A program made the translations under genes and the position numbers. A stretch of DNA of 57,238 nucleotides. Origin: an uncultured bacterium (GTDB lineage: Bacteria > UBP4 > UBA4092). The stretch spans positions 1 to 57,238 of the forward strand of contig CAZXWN010000016.1 of the NCBI GenBank assembly GCA_964644695.1. The letters run 5' to 3'. The notes below the pieces were generated by a model. That model did no database searches and was not told the origin of the DNA. It was given only the letters and a program-made list of their open reading frames with translations. Within the stretch, counting starts at the first letter, position 1, and each line of letters begins with the position of its first letter. This document shows, piece by piece, positions 49,888 through 57,238 of the stretch.

Positions 49888-50286
49888 TTACCATACTTTA
49901 CAAAGAAGTTCGCCACCAGTATTCTGTTGACGGGCATCACTGTCAGTTAATAATCCCTTAGGGGTAGACAAAATAGCAATACCCATTCCATTCAGGATTC
50001 TTGGAATACGATTTGCAGGTACATATATCCGCAGTGAAGGTTTACTGATTCGCTCAATCCCTTCAATGATACGAACACGATCCGGTGCATATTTCAAATA
50101 TACACGGATAACATTCTGCTTGCGGTTCTTCACCATCTTAAAATTCTTAATAAAGCCCTGGTCCCGAAGGATGCGAGCTAATTCCTGTTTAATGCGCGAA
50201 CACGGAATATCAACTTTTTCCTGATAAGCTGTGTTTGCGTTCCGAATGCGCGTAAGCATATCGGCAATGGGATCTGTAACAACCAT
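49888..50286 (-). CDS. rpsH: 30S ribosomal protein S8
   Basis: DPIADMLTRIRN, GGELL. Confidence 0.98.
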   Translation of the reverse strand: MVVTDPIADMLTRIRNANTAYQEKVDIPCSRIKQELARILRDQGFIKNFKMVKNRKQNVIRVYLKYAPDRVRIIEGIERISKPSLRIYVPANRIPRILNGMGIAILSTPKGLLTDSDARQQNTGGELLCKVW

Positions 50287-50313
50287 ACTTATAAACCTTA
50301 TCCTTCCGTCAGT

Positions 50314-50499
50314 CTACCAACTGGATTTTGTCACACCGGGTATTTGGCCCTGAAGTGACAAAGTGCGGAAGCAAATCCGACACATATTGTATTTGCGCAG
50401 ATAAGCACGACGGCGACCACATAATGGGCACCGGGTATACTTCCGTGTTGAGAACTTGGGCTCTCGTAACGATTTGAACATCTGAGATTTTTTTGCCAC
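50314..50499 (-). CDS. rpsN: 30S ribosomal protein S14 (type Z)
   Basis: CPLCG...CRICFR. Confidence 0.97.
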   Translation of the reverse strand: MAKKSQMFKSLREPKFSTRKYTRCPLCGRRRAYLRKYNMCRICFRTLSLQGQIPGVTKSSW

Positions 50500-50510
50500 A
50501 GTTTAAACTC

Positions 50511-51164
50511 CTATGCAGAAAAGGGGAAACCTAGCCCCTTCAACAGTTCTCTAGACAACTCGTTTGATCCACCAGCAATCGTAATAGTGATATTCATACC
50601 AGTGGGACGAAGATTATCATCAACTTCAATTTCCGGGAAAATTACCTGATCCTTCAAACCAAAGGTGTAGTTTCCTGCACCATCAAAGGATTTTGGGGAC
50701 AATCCACGAAAGTCCTTAATTCTTGGAATTGCTAAATTAATCAACCGATCCAGGAATTCATACATCAGAGTTCCACGAAGCGTAACCATGCACCCAATCG
50801 GCATTCCTTCACGAAGCTTAAAATTAGCAATGGACTTCTTGGCTCGAGTAATAACAGGCTTTTGCCCTGTAATCAGAGTAATATCCTTAATTGCAGCTTC
50901 AAGGACCTTAATATCTCTGGACCCTTCACCGCAACCGACATTCACAGTAATTTTCTTAATTTTGGGAAGCTGCATCCGGTTTTTCATGCCATAGGCTTTC
51001 ATCATGGCCGGACTCACTTCTTCTGTATAACGTTTATATAACCGGGGTAAATACCCTTCCGGACGCTGAGGACGTTCAGGAGTACTTTTAGTATCCTTTT
51101 GGTCAGCTTTATCAGCCGCATCAGCTTTTTTAGTTCTTCTTGCCTTCTTGTCGTTTTCTGCCAT
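50511..51164 (-). CDS. rplE: 50S ribosomal protein L5 (N-terminal extension)
   Basis: ITGQKP, FKLREG, PRIKDFRG, FPEI. Confidence 0.97.
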   Translation of the reverse strand: MAENDKKARRTKKADAADKADQKDTKSTPERPQRPEGYLPRLYKRYTEEVSPAMMKAYGMKNRMQLPKIKKITVNVGCGEGSRDIKVLEAAIKDITLITGQKPVITRAKKSIANFKLREGMPIGCMVTLRGTLMYEFLDRLINLAIPRIKDFRGLSPKSFDGAGNYTFGLKDQVIFPEIEVDDNLRPTGMNITITIAGGSNELSRELLKGLGFPFSA

Positions 51165-51260
51165 GGTAGTCTCTTTATCTCTGTGGTTTCAGGATCTTCC
51201 TGATGCCGAACAACTTAATTGTCAGCCTTCAGGAGCCTTTTTGGAATTATCTACCGTTAC

Positions 51261-51626
51261 TTATTTTGTGGATTCCTCTGAACTTAGAGTTTCTCCACAT
51301 TTTACACATACGCGGGTTTTACGACCATCTTCTAATACCAGACTTTTTGTCCGGCGACCAGCGTTACATTTATCACAGAATAAACTTACTTTTGCGACTG
51401 CAATAGGAAGTTCCTGCTCAATGATTCCACCTTTAGGATTGGCCTGAGTGGGTCGAACATGCTTTTTGGCAAAATTGATTCGTTCCACAAGGACACGGTT
51501 AGTCAAGGGATAAACTTTTAAAATCTTCCCTTTCTTGCCGGCATCCTTACCTGCGAGAACGATCACTGTATCGCCTCTACGTAAGCGTATTTTTTGTCTG
51601 ACGGTTTGGTTGTTTTTTTTGACCAT
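51261..51626 (-). CDS. rplX: 50S ribosomal protein L24
   Basis: GDTVIVLAGKDAGKKG KOW motif. Confidence 0.97.
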   Translation of the reverse strand: MVKKNNQTVRQKIRLRRGDTVIVLAGKDAGKKGKILKVYPLTNRVLVERINFAKKHVRPTQANPKGGIIEQELPIAVAKVSLFCDKCNAGRRTKSLVLEDGRKTRVCVKCGETLSSEESTK

Positions 51627-51650
51627 ATCGAATTTCCTTTATGCCTTCTT

Positions 51651-52019
51651 TTAAAGAACTTCCGGGGCCAGGGAAATAATTTTCATAAATTTCTTATCAC
51701 GTAACTCGCGGGCTACTGGCCCAAAGATACGAGTGCCCTTTGGTTCCATCTGGTCGTTAATGATGACGGCTGAGTTCCGGTCAAAACGGATTCGTGAACC
51801 GTCCGGTCGTTTGTATTCCTTTACAGTACGGACAACAACGGCTTTACAAACATCGCCTTTTTTGACCATTCCATCAGGAATAGCATCTTTAACCGCTACC
51901 ACAATAACATCGCCAACGCGGGCATAACGAATACGGGAGTGGCCAAGGACTCGAATACAGCGGACTTTACGTGCACCACTGTTATCTGCAACATCAAGAT
52001 TGGTTCCTAAACTAATCAC
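51651..52019 (-). CDS. rplN: 50S ribosomal protein L14
   Basis: [18 protein letters not shown]. Confidence 0.98.
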   Translation of the reverse strand: MISLGTNLDVADNSGARKVRCIRVLGHSRIRYARVGDVIVVAVKDAIPDGMVKKGDVCKAVVVRTVKEYKRPDGSRIRFDRNSAVIINDQMEPKGTRIFGPVARELRDKKFMKIISLAPEVL

Positions 52020-52045
52020 GGTCTATTACCTCTGCATTTGGCTTG

Positions 52046-52321
52046 TTATTTTTTTTCAACGGACACTTTGCTATGTTCCAAGACTTTCATGACCCGCCAT
52101 CGTTTCATCTTTGACAAGGGCCGAGTCTCAATAATCATCACGGTGTCACCGACACGTGTGACATTATTAGTGTCATGTGCATAGACATTTTCAGAACGAC
52201 GAATCCGCTTTTTATACAACGGATGGACCTTAATAACTTCGATAGCCACGACGGCAGTTTTGTCCATTTTATTTCGGACAACCGTACCAACTTCGACTTT
52301 TCGCTTAATCTTTGTTTCCAT
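52046..52321 (-). CDS. rpsQ: 30S ribosomal protein S17
   Basis: KMDKT, HPLYKK, ETRPLSK. Confidence 0.97.
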   Translation of the reverse strand: METKIKRKVEVGTVVRNKMDKTAVVAIEVIKVHPLYKKRIRRSENVYAHDTNNVTRVGDTVMIIETRPLSKMKRWRVMKVLEHSKVSVEKK

Positions 52322-52349
52322 ACTGTCTCAGCTTCCTTCCTGCGTCTGG

Positions 52350-52550
52350 TTACTTAACGGCAGCTCGTTTTAACTCACCTAATCGAGTTTCCACACGAGC
52401 AACCACTTTGCGCTTGTTACGGATCAAGCGGAGATTGTCCACTTGTCCAAGTGCCTTTTGCAGGCGCAGTTTAGAGATTTCCTCACGGGTATCGACCAAA
52501 AGCTTTTCTAGCTCAGCCTGGCCCAGTGCATTGAACTCATTTTTCTTCAT
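52350..52550 (-). CDS. rpmC: 50S ribosomal protein L29
   Basis: Position between rplP and rpsQ; LRLQKALGQ...VARVET. Confidence 0.93.
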   Translation of the reverse strand: MKKNEFNALGQAELEKLLVDTREEISKLRLQKALGQVDNLRLIRNKRKVVARVETRLGELKRAAVK

Positions 52551-52555
52551 AATGT

Positions 52556-52966
52556 TTAGCCTCTCTCCGAAATGAGTTTAGTGCCGAAGGGCAATTTATG
52601 ACTGATTAAGCGGGCAGCTTCTTTGGCCTGCTCAGGAGTAATACCTTCAATCTCAAAGAGAATCCGACCGGGCTTAACAACGGCTACCCAATACTCTGGA
52701 GCACCTTTACCTTTACCCATTCGGGTTTCAGCAGGTTTCACTGTTAAGGGTTTGTCTGGGAATACTCGGATCCAGATTTTACCACCCCTCTTAATAAAAC
52801 GGGACAAGGTGATACGTGCAGCTTCAATCTGATAATTATACAACCATCCACATTCCTGTGCCTGAATGGCATAAGTTCCAAATGAAATCGAGGAACCACG
52901 GGATGCAACGCCGCGCATTCGTCCCTTCTGCATTTTCCGATATTTAACGCGTTTCGGTAACAGCAT
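52556..52966 (-). CDS. rplP: 50S ribosomal protein L16
   Basis: QIEAAR, RMGKGKG. Confidence 0.98.
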   Translation of the reverse strand: MLLPKRVKYRKMQKGRMRGVASRGSSISFGTYAIQAQECGWLYNYQIEAARITLSRFIKRGGKIWIRVFPDKPLTVKPAETRMGKGKGAPEYWVAVVKPGRILFEIEGITPEQAKEAARLISHKLPFGTKLISERG

Positions 52967-52989
52967 ATTTTCTATCCTCTATCAGTAAT

Positions 52990-53643
52990 CTAGGCCTTGA
53001 CCGACCCTAATTCAGGGCGAGCCAGAATTTCACCTTTAAATATCCACACTTTAATACCGATGGTGCCATATGTCGTGTGGGCTGTCGTATAACCGTAATC
53101 AATCTTGGCACGAATAGTATGCAGAGGCACACGACCTTCACGATACCATTCATAGCGGGCAATTTCCGCACCATCAAGACGACCTGAAACAGATATTTTA
53201 ATACCTTTAGCATCAAGACGGATTGCCGTTGTTACAGCTTTCTTCATGGAGCGACGATAACCAACACGCTTTTCGAGAGCGGCAGCAACACCTTCAGCTA
53301 CTAATTGCGCGTCAAGTTCAGGCTTTTTGATTTCAACAATATTGATGAAAACTTTATGCCCCGTTCGTGTTTCCATATCTTTCCGGAGTTTCTCAATTTC
53401 CGACCCCTTCCGACCAATAACAATACCAGGACGAGCGGTGTGAATACTGATTCGCGCCCGATTAGGAGTGCGTTCAATTTCAATTTTTGAAACACCAGCC
53501 TGATAAAGTCTGTCTTTCAGGTATTTCTTGATCACCAAATCTTCATGAAGATTTTTGGCATATTCTTTGTCGGAGTACCATTTGGAACTCCAGGTTTCGG
53601 TGGTCCCTAGTCGGAACCCGATTGGATGTGTTTTCTGACCCAT
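52990..53643 (-). CDS. rpsC: 30S ribosomal protein S3
   Basis: [13 protein letters not shown] start at 53643; GRVPLHT. Confidence 0.98.
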   Translation of the reverse strand: MGQKTHPIGFRLGTTETWSSKWYSDKEYAKNLHEDLVIKKYLKDRLYQAGVSKIEIERTPNRARISIHTARPGIVIGRKGSEIEKLRKDMETRTGHKVFINIVEIKKPELDAQLVAEGVAAALEKRVGYRRSMKKAVTTAIRLDAKGIKISVSGRLDGAEIARYEWYREGRVPLHTIRAKIDYGYTTAHTTYGTIGIKVWIFKGEILARPELGSVKA

Positions 53644-53677
53644 ACGACCTAAGAATCCTTGTTCCGTTGGTTTTGTT

Positions 53678-54010
53678 CTACTTTTCCTCAAGAACCACAG
53701 TAAAATGGCTCAGAGGTTTTCGGATCCGCCCTGCACGCCCCATAGCTTTTGGCTGGAAGCGGCGAAGATGCGGTCCTTTGCCAATCCGCAGTTCTTTAAC
53801 AAACAGACGATTGACATCAATATTTTGATTTACATTCTGGGCATTGGCTACTGCTGATTTCACCAATTTTTCAATAATCCGAGCAGATTTCGTCGGAGTG
53901 AAAGCCAGATTGTTGAGCGCTTCATTAACTTTTTTCTTTTGTACAAGGTCTATCAAACGCACGCTCTTTTGCGCTGAGACCCTGATATACCGTGCAGTCG
54001 CTTGATACAT
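53678..54010 (-). CDS. rplV: 50S ribosomal protein L22
   Basis: KSAVANA, PKAMGRA, SHFTVV. Confidence 0.97.
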   Translation of the reverse strand: MYQATARYIRVSAQKSVRLIDLVQKKKVNEALNNLAFTPTKSARIIEKLVKSAVANAQNVNQNIDVNRLFVKELRIGKGPHLRRFQPKAMGRAGRIRKPLSHFTVVLEEK

Positions 54011-54036
54011 AAGCCATTCCTATCCTAACTGTTCGT

Positions 54037-54321
54037 TTATTTCAGAGCCGTGGATTTATCAGTGTGATGGCCATGAGTCCGGAAAGTCCTTGTAGGAGCG
54101 AATTCCCCTAACTTGTGCCCGACCATATTTTCCTGAACATATACGGCAATAAACTTTTTCCCATTATGGACAGCAAAAGTATACCCGACCATACGGGGTG
54201 TGATTGTGGACCGCCGGGACCAAGTCTTAATAGGTGACCGGTCGCCGGATCTGTCGGACTTATCCAGTTTTTTCAGGAGTTTCGGTTCAACATACGGACC
54301 TTTTTTCAGTGAACGACCCAT
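54037..54321 (-). CDS. rpsS: 30S ribosomal protein S19
   Basis: RSLKKGP, GHKLGEF. Confidence 0.98.
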   Translation of the reverse strand: MGRSLKKGPYVEPKLLKKLDKSDRSGDRSPIKTWSRRSTITPRMVGYTFAVHNGKKFIAVYVQENMVGHKLGEFAPTRTFRTHGHHTDKSTALK

Positions 54322-54351
54322 TGATTCTTACCTACTGTCTTTCTTAGTGTA

Positions 54352-55170
54352 TTATTTGCGACGCTTGACGATCCATTTGTCCGTCCCTTTATTCCGACGG
54401 GTCTTAAAGCCCTTGGTTTTCCATCCCCAAGGAGATACAGGATGACGACCACCGGAGGTTTTGCCTTCACCACCACCATGTGGGTGATCAACCGGGTTCA
54501 TTACGACACCTCGAACGGAGGGATAAATACCCATCCAACGAGAACGTCCAGCTTTACCGATTGACACATTACTGTGTTCAGCATTACCCAGAGTGCCAAT
54601 AGTTGCACGACAATCTAAGCTAATCCGGCGAATTTCACCAGAAGGCATCTTAACTTGGGCATAATCTCCGTCCTTACCGATCAGCGTAGCGCCAACGCCG
54701 GCAGACCGAACCATCTGTCCACCTTTACCAGGACGAATTTCCAAATTATGGATGCTGGTACCTGTAGGAATTTCCCGGATCGTGAGATTGTTTCCAGGAT
54801 TAATATCCACACCAGGACCTGAAATTACGGTGTCTTTAAGCTTGAGGCCTTCGGGACACAAAATATAACGCTTTTCACCATCCGCATAGGCCAACAAGGC
54901 AATCCGGACGCTACGATTTGGATCATAATCAATGGCGATTACGCGGGCCGGGATTCCATCTTTATTCCGTTTGAAATCAATAACCCGGTACATTCTCTTA
55001 TGTCCGCCACTGATATGACGGGTAGTTATCCGTCCCTGGTTATTTCGGCCACCAGTTTTCCGCAGCGGCTGAATAAGGTCGCTGGAAGGCTGGCCATCAC
55101 CAATCTTCTTAAAGACCAGTGTTGTCCGCCAGCGAAGCCCGGGAGATGTAGGTTTATATCTCTTGATCAT
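54352..55170 (-). CDS. rplB: 50S ribosomal protein L2
   Basis: [19 protein letters not shown]. Confidence 0.98.
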   Translation of the reverse strand: MIKRYKPTSPGLRWRTTLVFKKIGDGQPSSDLIQPLRKTGGRNNQGRITTRHISGGHKRMYRVIDFKRNKDGIPARVIAIDYDPNRSVRIALLAYADGEKRYILCPEGLKLKDTVISGPGVDINPGNNLTIREIPTGTSIHNLEIRPGKGGQMVRSAGVGATLIGKDGDYAQVKMPSGEIRRISLDCRATIGTLGNAEHSNVSIGKAGRSRWMGIYPSVRGVVMNPVDHPHGGGEGKTSGGRHPVSPWGWKTKGFKTRRNKGTDKWIVKRRK

Positions 55171-55192
55171 AGTCAGCGTCTCTCTTTAAGTG

Positions 55193-55471
55193 TTAAACGA
55201 ATTCGATCTTTTCGCCCTTTTTCAGGGTTACAATTGCTTTTTTAAAATCTTGATCTTTTCCAACACGGCCACGTATGCGACGGGTTTTCCCCTTAACAAC
55301 GACGGTGTTGACGGCTGTAACTTTCACTTTAAAAACGACTTCAATAGCCTTTTTGATCTCGATTTTATTTGCCTTCCGAGCTACCACGAAGACATACTGA
55401 TTTAAGTTTTCGGTCAAATCAAGACTTCGTTCAGTCTGGTAAGGTCTGATGATGATATCTTTCAATTCCAT
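55193..55471 (-). CDS. rplW: 50S ribosomal protein L23
   Basis: ANKIEIKKAIE, KKAIVTL. Confidence 0.97.
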   Translation of the reverse strand: MELKDIIIRPYQTERSLDLTENLNQYVFVVARKANKIEIKKAIEVVFKVKVTAVNTVVVKGKTRRIRGRVGKDQDFKKAIVTLKKGEKIEFV

Positions 55472-55485
55472 TGTCTTCGCACCTG

Positions 55486-56112
55486 CTATTCCGCCAGCTT
55501 GTCTTGAAGCTGACTGATGGCCGCTTTGTCAAACATGACTTTCCCAAAGCGAAGGACATCATATGCATTGATATTGTTTAATGTCACCAGCTTAACGAAA
55601 GGAATGTTCCGTGCGGACTTCATAAAGTTTTCATTCATTTCGGACATGACCACCAGAACTGTATCCATGATCTGAAGTTTATCCATCAAATTCATGACTG
55701 GTTTAGTCTTAGGTTCTGTTGCATTAAAATCTTCAAAGACAACCAAACCTTCATTGGCTAAACGATAAGAAAGAACACTTCTCATAGCCAAGTCTTTTTT
55801 CTTTTTTGTCAGATTTTGTGTGTATTTGCGGGGTTTTGGACCAAACACGGAACCACCACCAACCCACACAGGGGACCGACTAGAACCAGACCGTGCATTA
55901 CCAGTACCTTTTTGTTTCCAAGGTTTTTTACCACCACCACGGACTTCATCACGCCGTTTGGTAGAAGATGTACCCTGACGCTGGTTAGCTAAATATGCTA
56001 ACACAGTTTCCTGTACAACGGGCTGATTCGGTTCAATGGCGAATACGGAATCATTCAAATCCATCTCGCCTGTTGTGTTTCCAGTCAGATTATAAAGTTT
56101 AATCTTTGCCAT
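55486..56112 (-). CDS. rplD: 50S ribosomal protein L4
   Basis: KPWKQKGTGNAR, FGPKPR. Confidence 0.98.
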   Translation of the reverse strand: MAKIKLYNLTGNTTGEMDLNDSVFAIEPNQPVVQETVLAYLANQRQGTSSTKRRDEVRGGGKKPWKQKGTGNARSGSSRSPVWVGGGSVFGPKPRKYTQNLTKKKKDLAMRSVLSYRLANEGLVVFEDFNATEPKTKPVMNLMDKLQIMDTVLVVMSEMNENFMKSARNIPFVKLVTLNNINAYDVLRFGKVMFDKAAISQLQDKLAE

Positions 56113-56118
56113 AAGTCA

Positions 56119-56778
56119 TCAACTCTTTGCTCTTTTGGTCTTAGCGGCTTTTTTAATTTCGACCACCGCGGAGGTCCAACCGGGAATCGCGCCTTCAACC
56201 AGAATCAGATTACGTTCAACATCTACTCTTCGGATCGTCAGACTCATAACAGTCTGACGCACGTTTCCATATTGCCCAGGGAGAGTTGTTCCCTTCAAAA
56301 CTCTTGAAGGAGATGAACTCTGACCGATACTACCCGGTCGGCGATGCATCATGGAACCATGGGAGGCGGGCTGACCATGCCACCCATATCGTTTCATACC
56401 ACCGGCGAAACCTCGTCCTTTTATCAAACCACTGACGTCAACTTTTTCGCCTTCTTTAAAGAAGTCGCAGGTTATTTTCTGACCGACTTCCATATTAACA
56501 ACGTCTGTAGTTTTGAATTCTTTAAAATGTGTAATCTGGACATTATCCAGACCTGCTTTTTTTAAACGACCTAAGGTCGGCCGGTTAATTTTCTTATTCT
56601 GACTTACATGTTTGAAACAAAATCCAAGCTGGATTGCTTCATAACCGTCAGTCTCCACATTCTTCTTTTGGACGACATAACCGGGACCAACTTCGATGAC
56701 CGTCACCGGAACCATTTCACCGGACTCGGTGAATATCTGAGTCATCCCTATTTTTCTGCCTAATAAACCGGTTAACAT
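56119..56778 (-). CDS. rplC: 50S ribosomal protein L3
   Basis: KIGMTQ, KGRGFAG, RRPGSIG. Confidence 0.98.
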   Translation of the reverse strand: MLTGLLGRKIGMTQIFTESGEMVPVTVIEVGPGYVVQKKNVETDGYEAIQLGFCFKHVSQNKKINRPTLGRLKKAGLDNVQITHFKEFKTTDVVNMEVGQKITCDFFKEGEKVDVSGLIKGRGFAGGMKRYGWHGQPASHGSMMHRRPGSIGQSSSPSRVLKGTTLPGQYGNVRQTVMSLTIRRVDVERNLILVEGAIPGWTSAVVEIKKAAKTKRAKS

Positions 56779-56798
56779 TCTTTATACCAACCTTTGCG

Positions 56799-57107
56799 CT
56801 AAATCTTGATCTCGACATGAATCCCTGCGGGTAAATCCAGTTCCGTAAGGGCATCCAATGTTTTTTGGGTCGGGTTGAGGATATCCAGCAATCTCATATG
56901 AGTTCGCATTTCAAACTGTTCCCGAGACTTCTTGTCACAATGCGGTGACCGCAAAACCGTGACCTTATTAATCTTGGTCGGAAGAGGAACCGGACCGGAT
57001 ACCGTCGCCCCGGTGCTTGTCACCGTTTCCACAATGTTCTTGGTGGATTTATCCAACAAGCGATAGTCAAAGGCTTTCAGTCGGATTCTAATTTTTTGAG
57101 TCTGCAT
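56799..57107 (-). CDS. rpsJ: 30S ribosomal protein S10
   Basis: [22 protein letters not shown]. Confidence 0.98.
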   Translation of the reverse strand: MQTQKIRIRLKAFDYRLLDKSTKNIVETVTSTGATVSGPVPLPTKINKVTVLRSPHCDKKSREQFEMRTHMRLLDILNPTQKTLDALTELDLPAGIHVEIKI

Positions 57108-57182
57108 ATTTACTTTTCTTTACGACTTTGGATTTATTTATTGGTTTCTGCCCTGTTCGCCAACTGGCGGCAGGATTTAACT

Positions 57183-57238
57183 CTACTTAAGGATTTCGTG
57201 AACGACGCCAGCACCCACGGTACGACCACCTTCACGGA
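57183..57238 (-). CDS. tuf: Elongation factor Tu, C-terminal fragment (gene starts outside the window)
   Basis: Hand translation REGGRTVGAGVVHEILK* directly upstream of rpsJ. Confidence 0.95.
   Translation of the reverse strand, partial: REGGRTVGAGVVHEILK

Noticed and set aside
57108..57182. tRNA or S10 attenuator between tuf and rpsJ
   Set aside because: 75 nt with one small GC hairpin; no cloverleaf or T-loop and no U-tract terminator.

Overview
Chromosomal window from an unidentified bacterium. It has an O-antigen-ligase-like protein and many signal-peptide proteins. The right third (41.1-57.2 kb, minus strand) is the S10-spc-alpha ribosomal superoperon from the 3' end of tuf to rplQ, and rpmD (L30) is missing from its usual slot. 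The middle carries secDF, an EF-G2 paralog (fusA2), housekeeping enzymes and a cluster of envelope and carbohydrate-active proteins. The left part holds a large TPR/DUF3857/transglutaminase gene running off the window edge, an array of four tandem secreted paralogs, and a complex I operon. Most notable observations: (1) the nuo operon encodes only membrane subunits (A-H-J-K-L-M-N); NuoL has an exact 26-aa duplication in its lateral helix, a '2M complex I'-type signature, although only one nuoM is present; NuoK lacks its second conserved Glu; (2) a four-copy array of secreted proteins with near-identical ends and spacers, divergent AT-rich cores and patchwork recombination; (3) a ~155-nt multi-branched RNA structure that buries the SD and GTG start of fusA2; (4) a dispersed ~45-bp palindromic intergenic repeat. 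No rRNA, tRNA, CRISPR array, integrase or transposase was recognised. All calls come from motif recognition by eye, with no database searches.
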